The notes under the pieces were generated by a model. That model made no database searches. It saw only the letters and a list, made by a program, of their open reading frames with translations, and was not told the DNA's origin. From Myxococcota bacterium (lineage in GTDB: Bacteria; Myxococcota_A; UBA796; CAJQPC01), in the NCBI GenBank assembly GCA_036012755.1, contig DASCPX010000071.1, positions 64,001 through 128,000 on the forward strand: DNA of 64,000 nt, given 5' to 3'. Shown here piece after piece: positions 8,911-22,655 of the stretch (the stretch's first letter is position 1; the number at the start of each line of letters is the position of its first letter). The translations under genes were made by a program, and so were the position numbers.

Positions 8911-10938
8911 ATGTGGCTCCTGGCCCTGGCCTGCACCAAGCCTGACGACTCGAATACCGAGACCGGAACCACGGACTCCGCATGGGTGTGTGACACCAGC
9001 GCGGACCGCGACTGCGACGGTTGGCCCAACGACGGTGACTGCGAACCCGACGACCCCTACAGCTACCCCGGAGCGGACGAAGTCCCCTACGACGGCATCG
9101 ACAACGACTGCGCCGGCGACGGCGACCTCGTGGACTTCGACGGCGACGGCTACGACTCCGACAAGGTCGGCGGCGACGACTGCAACGACGGCAACCCGGA
9201 CATCTACCCCGGAGCCCCAGAGGTCTGCTACGACGACATCGACCAGGACTGCGCCGGCGACGAGGACACCAACGACTGCGACGAGGACGGCTACGACGGC
9301 AGGGGCGACGACGCCACCGACTGCGCCGACGAGGACCCCGACACCAACCCCGGCGCGGAGGAGATCTGGTACGATGGCTGGGATCAGGACTGCTCCGGCT
9401 ACAACGACAGCGACTACGACGCCGACGGCGACGGCGACGACAGCGCGGACCACCCCCAGGACGACGGCACGGTCGGCACCGACTGCGACGATGAAGACGT
9501 GCTCACCGCCGGGGGCAACCCCGAGCTCTGGGACGGCGCCGATCGGGACTGCGACGGGAACTTCGACAACCTCTCCTGGGCCGACAGCTTCTCTGCGTGG
9601 TCACCCAAGAGCGGCAACAACGACGGCTTCATCGGCATGGGCGGAGCGCTGCTGGACGACTACGACGGCGACGGCTTCAGCGAGATCGCGATGGCCGGAT
9701 TCGGAGCCACGGACGACTACACCGGCCGCGTCTACATCATCTCCGCCGACGAGACCGGCACCCCCGGCGAGATGTACCACGCCCGCATCGACGGCGTGGT
9801 CACCTTCGAGTACTTCGGCTTCGACGCGGAGAACGCCGGGGATCTCAACGGAGACGGCAAGGACGAGCTACTCGTCGGCGCGGTGCTGGGTGGCTCGGGT
9901 GACGGCGCCGGCGTCGTCTTCGACGGCGCCGACCTGGAGGCTGGAGGAGACCTCACCTCCAGCGACAGCCTGGCCCAGTTCACAGGCAACACCTACCTGG
10001 GCTTCGAGGTCGCCTCCCTCTCCGACATGGACGGAGACGGCATCAACGAGCTCGCCGCGGGCACCGCCTGGTACCTCACGACCCACGTGATGGTCTACTC
10101 GGGAGCCGACGCCGCCGCGGGGGGCAGCCTCAAGCCCATCGACGCCATCGCGCAGATCGATGGTCCCTCCGGGGCCGACGTGGGCGGCCACAGCGTGGGC
10201 CGCATGGACTTCGACGGCGACGGCCTCGGCGATCTGCTCATGGGCGCCTATACGAGCGGAGCGGGCGTCCAGGTCCTGGGGCGGGGATCGGACCTGGATG
10301 TGGGCGGCTCCATCTCGACCACCGACCTTCCATGGATCATCGGCGACAGCGGCGACCAGGTCGGGCTGATCAGCGGCTGGATGAACGACCTCGACGACGA
10401 CGGCTACGACGAACTCCTCATCCACGCCTACAGCCACCAGGGCGCCGCGCCGACGACCGCCGGCGGGCGCATCTACGTCGTCGATGGTGACGACGCGCCC
10501 TCCGGGACCGACAACGCGTCGGTGGCGGACCTGGCGGACACCTGGATCGACGGCACCATCGACTTCGGCCACGTCCACTCCTCCGAGTCGACGATCGATA
10601 TCGACGGCGACGGTACGCTGGACCTCATCGTCATCGAGTCCGGCGACCGCAACTACGCGAACATCCTCCTGCTCGAGGGCAACGGCCCGGTGAAGGCCCA
10701 GGGCAGCATCCTCTATGGCGACGACCTCCTCGCGGGCGGCTCGTTGGACGCGGACCTCCACACCGACGAGGTCGTGATGACGGGCAGAGAGGACAACGAT
10801 CTCACCGGCTACACCACGCTGGTGGGCGACATCGACGACGACGGGCTCGGCGACGTGGTCTTCGGCGCCCCGGCGGCCTCCGCCTGGGCGGGGCAGGTCT
10901 ACACCGTGCTCAACCAGACCGACGGCGTCTACGAGTAG
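8911..10938 (+). CDS. Lipoprotein with MopE-type repeats and an FG-GAP (integrin-like) propeller
   Basis: MWLLALAC; PGAxExxYDGIDNDC repeats; DLNGDGKDELLVGA, DMDGDGINELAAG, DIDDDGLGDVVFGAP. Confidence 0.88.
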   Translation: MWLLALACTKPDDSNTETGTTDSAWVCDTSADRDCDGWPNDGDCEPDDPYSYPGADEVPYDGIDNDCAGDGDLVDFDGDGYDSDKVGGDDCNDGNPDIYPGAPEVCYDDIDQDCAGDEDTNDCDEDGYDGRGDDATDCADEDPDTNPGAEEIWYDGWDQDCSGYNDSDYDADGDGDDSADHPQDDGTVGTDCDDEDVLTAGGNPELWDGADRDCDGNFDNLSWADSFSAWSPKSGNNDGFIGMGGALLDDYDGDGFSEIAMAGFGATDDYTGRVYIISADETGTPGEMYHARIDGVVTFEYFGFDAENAGDLNGDGKDELLVGAVLGGSGDGAGVVFDGADLEAGGDLTSSDSLAQFTGNTYLGFEVASLSDMDGDGINELAAGTAWYLTTHVMVYSGADAAAGGSLKPIDAIAQIDGPSGADVGGHSVGRMDFDGDGLGDLLMGAYTSGAGVQVLGRGSDLDVGGSISTTDLPWIIGDSGDQVGLISGWMNDLDDDGYDELLIHAYSHQGAAPTTAGGRIYVVDGDDAPSGTDNASVADLADTWIDGTIDFGHVHSSESTIDIDGDGTLDLIVIESGDRNYANILLLEGNGPVKAQGSILYGDDLLAGGSLDADLHTDEVVMTGREDNDLTGYTTLVGDIDDDGLGDVVFGAPAASAWAGQVYTVLNQTDGVYE

Positions 10939-10944
10939 GGCCCG

Positions 10945-11742
10945 GTGGCCAGGCGTTTCGTCACGGACCAGGGAGCTTCGCCGAAGAAGATGTCGGCGGA
11001 GCTGGACGGCTCGGCGCTGAAGGCGATGCGGGGGGAGCAGGGGGAGCAGGTCGACGGCGTCAAGCGCTGGGTGCTCGGTGACGAGCTCGCGGAGAACCCG
11101 GTGTGGCGGGTGCACGAGGCCCGCGAGGTCGGACCGAACTCAGAGGTCCTGGCCACCGGCCGCGCGGTCGTGGTGCACGGGCAGAAGGTGCAGGAGGCCT
11201 GCCGCGTCCGCCTGGAACGACTGCGCGCCTGTCGCCACCCGGCGGTCGTGCATCCCGTCCTGGAGTCCCGGCTCGACGGCTGGCCGGTGGTCGTCATGCA
11301 GCGCCCGACGCAAGAGTCCGTGGCCCAGCAGGTGCGACGCGAGGGCCCCTGGCCGGAGCTCCGGGTCCTGCGGCTCGGCGTCGCGATCTGCGAGGTGCTC
11401 GCTGGCTTGCACGGCCTTGGGCTCGTCCACGGCGCGCTCACCTGGGGCTGCGTCCATCCAGAAGGTCGGACCGTGCGCATCAGCGGCTGGCGGCCGGTCC
11501 TGCCAGGTTCGTGGTCCGACCGCGTGGCGCCAGAGGTCAGCTGGGGGAAGAGGGCCGACGCGCGCTCGGATCTCTGGGGGGTCGGCCGGATCCTCGCCAA
11601 CGCGCTGTCGGGGAAGCCGACCGGGCTCTGGCAGGGGGAGGGTGTGCTCGCCCGCCTCGTGATGCGTCTGTTGCGTGCCGATCCTGCAGAGCGACCGCGG
11701 GACGCCACCGACGTGCTGTCGATCCTGGCGCGCCTCCGTTGA
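10945..11742 (+). CDS. Degenerate Ser/Thr protein-kinase-like protein (probable pseudokinase)
   Basis: HPAVV, LHGLGLVHG, APE, DARSDLWGVG, DPAERP kinase landmarks. HRD reads HGA and DFG reads SGW. Confidence 0.7.
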   Translation: MARRFVTDQGASPKKMSAELDGSALKAMRGEQGEQVDGVKRWVLGDELAENPVWRVHEAREVGPNSEVLATGRAVVVHGQKVQEACRVRLERLRACRHPAVVHPVLESRLDGWPVVVMQRPTQESVAQQVRREGPWPELRVLRLGVAICEVLAGLHGLGLVHGALTWGCVHPEGRTVRISGWRPVLPGSWSDRVAPEVSWGKRADARSDLWGVGRILANALSGKPTGLWQGEGVLARLVMRLLRADPAERPRDATDVLSILARLR

Positions 11743-12419
11743 AGCTGCCACCGCTCACCCGCGGCACGCTCATCCGCCGGTACAAGCGCTTCCTGGCCGA
11801 TGTGCGCCTCGACGACGGTCGCGAGGTCACGGCCCACTGCGCCAACCCCGGCCGCATGACCTCCTGTCTCGGCGAGGGCTGGCCCGTGTGGCTGTCCTGG
11901 CACGGCCACACCAAGCGCAAGCTGAAGTGGAGCTGGGAGCTCACGAGGAACCCCGAGCAGGCCTGGATCCTCATCAACACCGCCCGCCCGAACCACGTGG
12001 TCCGCGAGGGCATCGCCGCGGGCCGCGTCGAGGGGCTCTCCGGGGAGATCCAGCGGGAGGTGAAGACTGGCGACAGCCGCATCGACCTGGTGGTCGGGGA
12101 GGCGCTGGTCGAGGTCAAGAGCGTCACCCTGATGCACGCCCCAGGCCAGGCGAGCTTCCCGGACGCCCCCACCGAGCGAGGGCGCAAGCACCTCGCCGAG
12201 CTGGCCAAGGCAGCCCGATCCGGACGTCGGGCCGTGCTCTTCTGGATGCTGTCGAGGGACGACTGCCGCTCGGTGCGGCCCGCCGGGTGGGTCGATCCGG
12301 CGTACGAGCGCCTCCTGCGCTCGGCGGTCGGTGACGGCGTCGAGGTCCTCGCCTACCGCATGGTGCTGTCCGAGGAGGAGTTGACGCTCGGACAGCAGGT
12401 CCCGGCGATCCTCGACTGA
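11739..12419 (+). CDS. sfsA: DNA/RNA nuclease SfsA
   Basis: TTG start overlaps the upstream stop; RRYKRFLADV, AHCANPGRM, SRID, VEVKSVT, FPDAPTERGRKHL. Confidence 0.95.
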   Translation: MKLPPLTRGTLIRRYKRFLADVRLDDGREVTAHCANPGRMTSCLGEGWPVWLSWHGHTKRKLKWSWELTRNPEQAWILINTARPNHVVREGIAAGRVEGLSGEIQREVKTGDSRIDLVVGEALVEVKSVTLMHAPGQASFPDAPTERGRKHLAELAKAARSGRRAVLFWMLSRDDCRSVRPAGWVDPAYERLLRSAVGDGVEVLAYRMVLSEEELTLGQQVPAILD

Positions 12420-12484
12420 CCATCGTTCTGTGGGAGCGGGACCCCGACAATGAAGCCCTCCGGATCACCGGCTACTCTCCGCCC

Positions 12485-13390
12485 ATGCGCTTGAGATTGC
12501 CGCTGGCCTTCTGTGGACTCTTCACCCTCGCCTGCGTCTGCGGCGGCCCCGTCGCGGAGACGGAGCCCGTCGCCGTGCCTCCGAGGCCCGACACCGGCCC
12601 AACCGAGGACACCAGCGACACCAGCGACACCAGCGACACCAGCGACACCAACGACCCCTCGGGCCTCGTCGTGGACGTGGTGCCAGCCGGGGATCTCGGC
12701 TGCTTCACGGGAGCGCTGGAGACCCCGACCGTGGGGGAGCCCTCTGTGGACACGACGGTCGATGTCCGCGTCGAGGACTGGGAGACCGGCGACGGCGTCG
12801 ACACCCCGGAGCTGACCTTCTGGGAGGGCGGCACCGAGATCGGCACCGCCACGGGGGACGCGGACGGCGAGGTCGGCAAGCTGGGGCTGCCCACATGCAC
12901 CCCGCTGTTGGTGGAGGCCTCCACCGATCCGGCCTTGGACGAGACGAAGCCGACCTTCTCGGCGCGCATGCTCTCCCCAGACGACGACGAGTGGGTCGTG
13001 TCATCCCTCGCCAGCGTCACCTACACCATCATCCCCTCGCTGCTCGGCGTCAGCCTCGACCCGGACAAGGGGATCATCTTCGGACGGGTCCACGACTGCG
13101 CTGGCGCGCCCCTCGACCACATCGAGGTGCGCTTCAGTGAAGGCGGAGAGACCTTCTACTTCGGCTCGTCCTGGCCCAACCGCGACCAGCAGTGGACCAG
13201 CGAGGACGGCTGGTTCGTCGTCCTCAACGCCCCGCCCGCGGAGGGGACCCTGAGGGCCTGGGCCTGGGACGGGAGCACCCACGTCGAGGTCGCGGAGGCC
13301 GACGTCACATCGGTGGCGGACGGGGTCCGTGTCGCGAATCTACTCGCCGGTGTCTCGGGAGAGCTCCTGCCCCCAGAGGCCTGCCAATAG
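12485..13390 (+). CDS. Hypothetical lipoprotein with a DTS-repeat linker and a carboxypeptidase-regulatory-like beta domain
   Basis: FTLAC lipobox; DPDKGIIFGRVHDCAGAPL...TSEDGWFVVLNAPP. Confidence 0.7.
   Translation: MRLRLPLAFCGLFTLACVCGGPVAETEPVAVPPRPDTGPTEDTSDTSDTSDTSDTNDPSGLVVDVVPAGDLGCFTGALETPTVGEPSVDTTVDVRVEDWETGDGVDTPELTFWEGGTEIGTATGDADGEVGKLGLPTCTPLLVEASTDPALDETKPTFSARMLSPDDDEWVVSSLASVTYTIIPSLLGVSLDPDKGIIFGRVHDCAGAPLDHIEVRFSEGGETFYFGSSWPNRDQQWTSEDGWFVVLNAPPAEGTLRAWAWDGSTHVEVAEADVTSVADGVRVANLLAGVSGELLPPEACQ
12608..12652 (+). repeat. In-frame 9-bp tandem repeat (GACACCAGC x4 + GACACCAAC)
   Basis: Read directly; encodes DTSDTSDTSDTSDTN. Confidence 0.9.
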
Positions 13391-13392
13391 CC

Positions 13393-16158
13393 TCAGGGCG
13401 CCACGCGCTCCCAGCCGGACTCGTCCCGCGCGAACTGCATCGTGGGCCAGTAGACCTCGTCGAGCACGATCGTGACGACCCGCTCACGCTGGTCGAGGTC
13501 GACGACCGTGAGGCGGACCGACTCGCCGTCGGAGCGACCCTCGATCGCCTCGATGAGAGCAGGGAGATCCGGGGTGTCGATGTCGTCGACGCGGGTGATC
13601 CGCCAGGTGGCCCGCATGCCGTAGCGCTGGGCGGGTGTGCCGTACCAGAAGAAGGCGACGTAGACCCCCTCGCGAGGGATGCCGCGCTGGGCGGCGACCT
13701 CGTGGTGCGGCTCGTGGAGCAACATGCCGCCCCAGATGAGCAGCTCGTCAAGGCCGACGTGCCGGAGGGGAACGCTGGGGACCTCTACCGAGACCTCCTG
13801 TCCGTCTCGAAGCACCAGGAGCGTGGCGCCACCCTCGCGCGCGGCGACCTCGACCTCGCGGAAGCGGCTCGCGGGCTCGCCGTCGACCTCGAGCAACAGG
13901 TCCCCGCCTTGGAGCAGGTCCTCTGCGGGGACATCGGCCCACACGCGGACCACCTCGAGGACCTGGCGCCGCTCGGGATCGTGCTCGGCCAGCACCTCGG
14001 CCCGGTCGTTCGAGAGCCCCCGGTCCCTGGCGTCGGCGATGGCCCGCGGACCCCACTCGACCCCCAGGCTCGAGAGCTCGCCGTCGAGGGCGTCGAGGGC
14101 GTCGACCACGTGCTCGATGGGCAGGCCGCGGAAGGCGCTCTGGCGCCCCTCTGAAGGCGAGTGCCACGCGAAGCTCGCCCACAGGGCGTGCACCCTCCCC
14201 TTCTTGTCGGTGAGCACCCCGCCGATCGACGTCATGGAGTCGCTGGTCTCGATGCTGTCGAGGTTCGTCTCGCGGAACTGTGGAGGCGAGGGCAGGGGCA
14301 GGCGCACCGGGTCGATGCGCGCGACGGAGGTGCTCTTCGACCGCACCCGCCCGTCTCGAGTGATGCCGACGAGCACCAGCGGGTCGCCATCGTCCAACTC
14401 CTTCGGAGAGAGCTCCGCGCTCTGAACCGGTGTGTCGCCCAGCAGCGCGGGGTCGTATGACAACAGCGCGATGCCGTGCTCGGGGTGGACGAGCTCGACC
14501 TGAGCAGGGACCCTCAGCGAGCCGCCGAAGACCAGGGTGATCTCGCCGAGGCCCACCGGGACGGTGTCACGGTCCGCCACGACGAGCCCCCGTGAAGCGT
14601 TGACGACCAGCCCGCTGCCGGCGAAGTAGTTGGCGCTGACGCCCTCTGATCGGTAGGGCAGGTCGCACTCGACCACGACCAGGCTCCTGGCGAGCCGCGC
14701 CGCCGCCTTGGAGCCGTTGCCCTCCAGCGCCGCGGTCCCAGGCACGGGGTCGACGAACTCCGGCGGATCCGCGGAGTCGGTGCAGGGCCACAGGCCGGTG
14801 TCGTCATCCCGCACACAGCGCCGCATCGGGTACCAGAGCCGATCGACCTGGATGATGGAGATACGCTCCCGCCGCGGGTTGTCGATGGCGACATAGCGGA
14901 CAGGGACGCGAGCCCGATGCGAGTAGCTGGCGAGGAGCTCCTCCAGGTGCTCCAGGCTCTCGATCGGCTCGCCGTCGAGCGCGACCAGCACCGCGCCGTC
15001 GGGCACCCCCGCCTCCCGCAGCAGGTAGCCCGGAGCCGCGACGTAGACCCCCGAGTCCGTGGGCAGCAGGTGGTTTCGCGCCTGCTGGTAGGACAGGGGG
15101 TGCAGGATGGCCCCGCCGACCTCGAGGTAGCTGCTCGGCGTGATCGCGTGGAGGTCGCCTACTTCCAGCTCCACGTCCACCGCCACGCCAGCACGCTCTA
15201 CCCCGAAGACCACGCCGTCGCCGACGTGCTCGTCCAGGACCGCCTCCAAGGGCACGAAGCCGTCGAGGGGCTCGCCGTCGACCGACAAGAGGATGTCTCC
15301 GATGGCCAGGCGACCGTCCGCCGGACCCTCGGGCACGATCCCACGCACGACCAGCAGGCCGTGCCCATCCGGGAAGCTCTCGCGCGTCTCCGCCTCTCGA
15401 CCGTCAGGAAGCCCGAGGCGACGCAGCTCGTCGAAGGAGGCGTGCTCGAAGGTCGCCTGGACCGTGCCCCGCTCCACCGGCTCCCCCGATTGGATCAGCT
15501 CGAGCGCCCGCACGACCCTGTCCAGAGGCAGGTAGTAGCTGGAGGCCGCGCTGCGATGTCCGCCGGCGTTGAGCGCGACCACCTTGCCGTCGACATCGAC
15601 GACCGGCGAGCCCGAAGAGCCCCCGGAGGTCCCAGAGCCGGCCTGCATGTAGAAGGTGTTGAAGTCGTTGTAGGTGTTCCCGCCATAGACGGGCGCCCTG
15701 CGGTCGACCCGCGCGATGGTCCCGTCGAGGATGACGATCTTCTCGCCGGCGTCGTTGCCGACGACCCGGATCTCCATGCCGACCTCGGCGCGCTCCGGCG
15801 CCAGCTCCAGCTCTGTGAGCTCCATGTAGCGAAGGTCGTCCGGATCGAAGCGATACACACCGAAGTCGTGGACCGGGTCCCGGTAGATGGCCTGGAGATC
15901 GACCTCCTCGTGGTCGACGAAGACCGCCTGAGCGCGGACGGGGCCTGCGTGGACCATGTGCCGGTTGGTGAGGATCAGGCCCTCCTCGGCGTCGACGACG
16001 AAGCCCGTGCCCACGGAGCTCGAGTTGCTCTCCGTGTCGAAGCTGCGGGTCCCCGAGACCTTCAGCGACACGACCCCAGGCACCACGGCCTCGAGCGTCT
16101 GCCGCCACGTGGCCTCCTCTACGTCCTGGGCCAGCGCGGCGCCGATGAGCAAGAGCAT
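13393..16158 (-). CDS. Nma111/DEG7-type HtrA serine protease (protease-PDZ-PDZ duplicated)
   Basis: LTNRH, DPVHDFG, YNDFNTFYMQA, GGSSGSPV in the first protease domain. The second domain has VADRDT and SIGGVL at the His/Ser positions. PDZ-like domains follow each. Signal peptide MLLLIGAALA. Confidence 0.88.
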   Translation of the reverse strand: MLLLIGAALAQDVEEATWRQTLEAVVPGVVSLKVSGTRSFDTESNSSSVGTGFVVDAEEGLILTNRHMVHAGPVRAQAVFVDHEEVDLQAIYRDPVHDFGVYRFDPDDLRYMELTELELAPERAEVGMEIRVVGNDAGEKIVILDGTIARVDRRAPVYGGNTYNDFNTFYMQAGSGTSGGSSGSPVVDVDGKVVALNAGGHRSAASSYYLPLDRVVRALELIQSGEPVERGTVQATFEHASFDELRRLGLPDGREAETRESFPDGHGLLVVRGIVPEGPADGRLAIGDILLSVDGEPLDGFVPLEAVLDEHVGDGVVFGVERAGVAVDVELEVGDLHAITPSSYLEVGGAILHPLSYQQARNHLLPTDSGVYVAAPGYLLREAGVPDGAVLVALDGEPIESLEHLEELLASYSHRARVPVRYVAIDNPRRERISIIQVDRLWYPMRRCVRDDDTGLWPCTDSADPPEFVDPVPGTAALEGNGSKAAARLARSLVVVECDLPYRSEGVSANYFAGSGLVVNASRGLVVADRDTVPVGLGEITLVFGGSLRVPAQVELVHPEHGIALLSYDPALLGDTPVQSAELSPKELDDGDPLVLVGITRDGRVRSKSTSVARIDPVRLPLPSPPQFRETNLDSIETSDSMTSIGGVLTDKKGRVHALWASFAWHSPSEGRQSAFRGLPIEHVVDALDALDGELSSLGVEWGPRAIADARDRGLSNDRAEVLAEHDPERRQVLEVVRVWADVPAEDLLQGGDLLLEVDGEPASRFREVEVAAREGGATLLVLRDGQEVSVEVPSVPLRHVGLDELLIWGGMLLHEPHHEVAAQRGIPREGVYVAFFWYGTPAQRYGMRATWRITRVDDIDTPDLPALIEAIEGRSDGESVRLTVVDLDQRERVVTIVLDEVYWPTMQFARDESGWERVAP

Positions 16159-16216
16159 GGGGGACGATAGCCCGGCGAAGGTGACGGCCCGGCCGCCGGC
16201 ATGCCAGCATGCGCAC

Positions 16217-20110
<3,894 letters not shown>

Positions 20111-20140
20111 AAACCACAGCTTAGCGTGACCCGGCAGGAC

Positions 20141-21031
20141 TCACTCGGAGCGCTGGAGCAACTCCGGCAGCTGGTCGATGAGCGCCAGGATGCGCAGGGT
20201 CCGCCTTATGGGCCGGGCCGGGGCGCCCAGCACCGTCTGGCCCGCGGGCACGTCGCGGATGGCCTTCGTCCCGGCCCCGAGTCGCGCCCCGTCGCCGACC
20301 TCGACGTGGTCCGAGAGCCCAACCTGGCCGCCCATCTGGACCCCGTCGCCGACGGTGCAAGAGCCCGACAGCCCGGTCTGGGCGGCGATGACCGTGCCTC
20401 GCCCGATGACGCCGTTGTGCCCGATCTGGACGAGGTTGTCGATCTTCGCGCCGGCCCTGATGCGGGTCTGGCCCAGCATGCCGCGATCGATCGTCGTGTT
20501 GGCGCCGATCTCGACGTCGTCCTCGATCACGAGCGTGCCGACGTGCGGCACCTTTCGGGGGCCCTGCTCAGAGGGGAGGTAGCCGAAGCCGTCACCCCCG
20601 AGCACCGCCCCGGCGTGGACGCGGCAGCGGGCTCCGATGCGCACCCGCGGGTAGACCACGACGTTGGGGAAGAGCACCGTGCCCGCGCCGAGTCGGGCCC
20701 CAGCCATCACCACCACCCCGGGGAACAGGGTCGCGCTCGGGTGCACCTCGGCGCTCGGGTGCACGTGGGCTCCGGGCCAGCTCTCGAGCAGCTCGGGGTA
20801 GAGGTGCTCGAGGACATCGCAGAGCGCGAGCTTGGGGTCCTCGACGACGATGGTCGTGCGCCCCTCCACAGGGGCCTTGCAGAGCACGGCGCCGGCGTCG
20901 CCCGAGACCTTCTTCACCGAGAACGACAGGTCGGTGCTCGAGGCCGCCTCCAGCGAGGCGACGCCTGTGAGATCGACGACCGGGCCGTGGTGGGCACCAC
21001 CGACGAGCTGGGCGATCTCCAGAGAGGTCAC
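20141..21031 (-). CDS. lpxD: UDP-3-O-(3-hydroxyacyl)glucosamine N-acyltransferase
   Basis: [34 protein letters not shown] and hexapeptide repeats; GTG overlaps the asnS stop. Confidence 0.93.
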   Translation of the reverse strand: MTSLEIAQLVGGAHHGPVVDLTGVASLEAASSTDLSFSVKKVSGDAGAVLCKAPVEGRTTIVVEDPKLALCDVLEHLYPELLESWPGAHVHPSAEVHPSATLFPGVVVMAGARLGAGTVLFPNVVVYPRVRIGARCRVHAGAVLGGDGFGYLPSEQGPRKVPHVGTLVIEDDVEIGANTTIDRGMLGQTRIRAGAKIDNLVQIGHNGVIGRGTVIAAQTGLSGSCTVGDGVQMGGQVGLSDHVEVGDGARLGAGTKAIRDVPAGQTVLGAPARPIRRTLRILALIDQLPELLQRSE

Positions 21032-22314
21032 GGCGTGAGCCGGTCGATCATGCGCGGGAAGGGGATCGTCTCGCGGATGTGGCGGATGCCGCAGACCCAG
21101 CACACGAGCCGCTCCAGGCCCAGGCCGAAGCCGCCGTGGGGCACGCTGCCGTAGCGCCTCAGGTCCAGGTACCAGCCAAAGGCCTCCTCGGGCAGCCCGT
21201 GCTCGTGGATCTTGGCCAGGAGCACATCGCCGTCGTCCTCGCGGGCGCCGCCGCCGATGATCTCGCCGTAGCCCTCTGGCGCGAGCACGTCTACGCCCAG
21301 CGCTCGCAGGGGGTTGTCCGGGTCGCCCTTCATGTAGAAGGCCTTCACCGCCGCCGGGTAGCGGTGGACCATGATGGGGCGATCGAACTGCTCGGTGAGC
21401 TTCGTCTCGTGGGGGGAGCCGAAGTCGTCCTCGGCGTCGACGGGCTCGCCGAGCTCATCCAGCATCGCGCAGGCCTCGTCGTAGGACAGGCGCGGGAAGG
21501 GCTTCTGCACGTTCTCGAGGGCCGAGATGTCCCGCTCGAGGATCTCGAGGTACTCGCGGCCGGACTCGACGACGAAGCCGACGACCTCGACGAGGAAGTC
21601 CTCTGCCATCTCCATCACGTCCTCGAGGTCGGCAAAGGCCACCTCCGGCTCGACCATCCAGAACTCGGTCAGGTGTCGGCGGGTAGAGGACTTCTCGGCT
21701 CGAAAGGTGGGGCCGAAGCAGTAGGTGCTGCCGAAGGCCAGGGCTCCGGCCTCCTGGTAGAGCTGACCGGACTGCGTGAGGTAGGCCGTCTCGCCGAAGT
21801 ACTCGGTGGAGAACAGCGTGCTGGTGCCCTCGCAGGCGTTCGGCGTGAAGATCGGCGAGTCCATCAGCGTGAAGTCGCGTGAGTCGAAGTAGTCGCGGAT
21901 GGCCTTCACGCAGAGGTGGCGGATCTTCATGATCGCGAACTGCCGCTGGCTGCGGAACCACAGGTGGCGGTTGTCGTGGAGGAAGCTCGGGCCGTGCTCC
22001 TTCGGCGTGATCGGGTAGCCCTCCGAGCCACCGAGCACGCGCCCGTCGGAGACCTGCAGCTCGAAGCCGAGCTTGGAGCGGGTGTCGGCCTTGATCTCGC
22101 CGACGAGCTCCACAGAGGACTCCTGACCGGCGCGCTTGAGGGCCTCGAAGAGCTCCTCTGCGACGTTCTGCTTGCGCACCACCGCCTGGATGATGCCGCT
22201 GCCGTCGCGAAGCTGGATGAAGAGCAGCTTGCCGCGCCGGGTGCTGTTGTAGATCCATCCCCGCAGGGAGACGGTCTGACCTTCGTGGGAGCCGATCTCG
22301 GCGATCCGGGGCAT
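21028..22314 (-). CDS. asnS: Asparagine--tRNA ligase
   Basis: LRDGSG OB-fold, [59 protein letters not shown]. Confidence 0.96.
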   Translation of the reverse strand: MPRIAEIGSHEGQTVSLRGWIYNSTRRGKLLFIQLRDGSGIIQAVVRKQNVAEELFEALKRAGQESSVELVGEIKADTRSKLGFELQVSDGRVLGGSEGYPITPKEHGPSFLHDNRHLWFRSQRQFAIMKIRHLCVKAIRDYFDSRDFTLMDSPIFTPNACEGTSTLFSTEYFGETAYLTQSGQLYQEAGALAFGSTYCFGPTFRAEKSSTRRHLTEFWMVEPEVAFADLEDVMEMAEDFLVEVVGFVVESGREYLEILERDISALENVQKPFPRLSYDEACAMLDELGEPVDAEDDFGSPHETKLTEQFDRPIMVHRYPAAVKAFYMKGDPDNPLRALGVDVLAPEGYGEIIGGGAREDDGDVLLAKIHEHGLPEEAFGWYLDLRRYGSVPHGGFGLGLERLVCWVCGIRHIRETIPFPRMIDRLTP

Positions 22315-22396
22315 GGATTCCTCCGGGGCCCGGTCTAACCACCGTGCCCAACTGCGGCTCCCTCGGGTAGAGTGAGCCTGCACCGAGGGAGCCGGC

Positions 22397-22573
22397 ATGC
22401 GCCGCGGCCAGGCCACCGTCGAGACCCTTCTACTCATCAGCGTCCTCTGCATCGCCGTGGGCGCGGTGCTGATCGTCTTCTCCGACACGGTGCAGATCAA
22501 CACGCGCTCGCTGTCGTCGTTCCTCGCCGAGGAGCTCACGGGCAACGGCGTCGGGGGCGACGAGGTCAACTAG
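22397..22573 (+). CDS. 58-aa Flp/Tad-like pilin with a class III signal peptide (absent from the ORF track)
   Basis: [28 protein letters not shown]...EVN*: basic leader, Gly at -1, Glu at +5, hydrophobic helix; GAGGGGAG SD. Confidence 0.75.
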   Translation: MRRGQATVETLLLISVLCIAVGAVLIVFSDTVQINTRSLSSFLAEELTGNGVGGDEVN

Positions 22574-22655
22574 TGCCTGACGAGCTCATGAGCCCTCTCG
22601 GGCTGATCTGCTTCGGTCTTCGAGCCAGGGAATCGGATCACGCGCGAGAGGTGGA

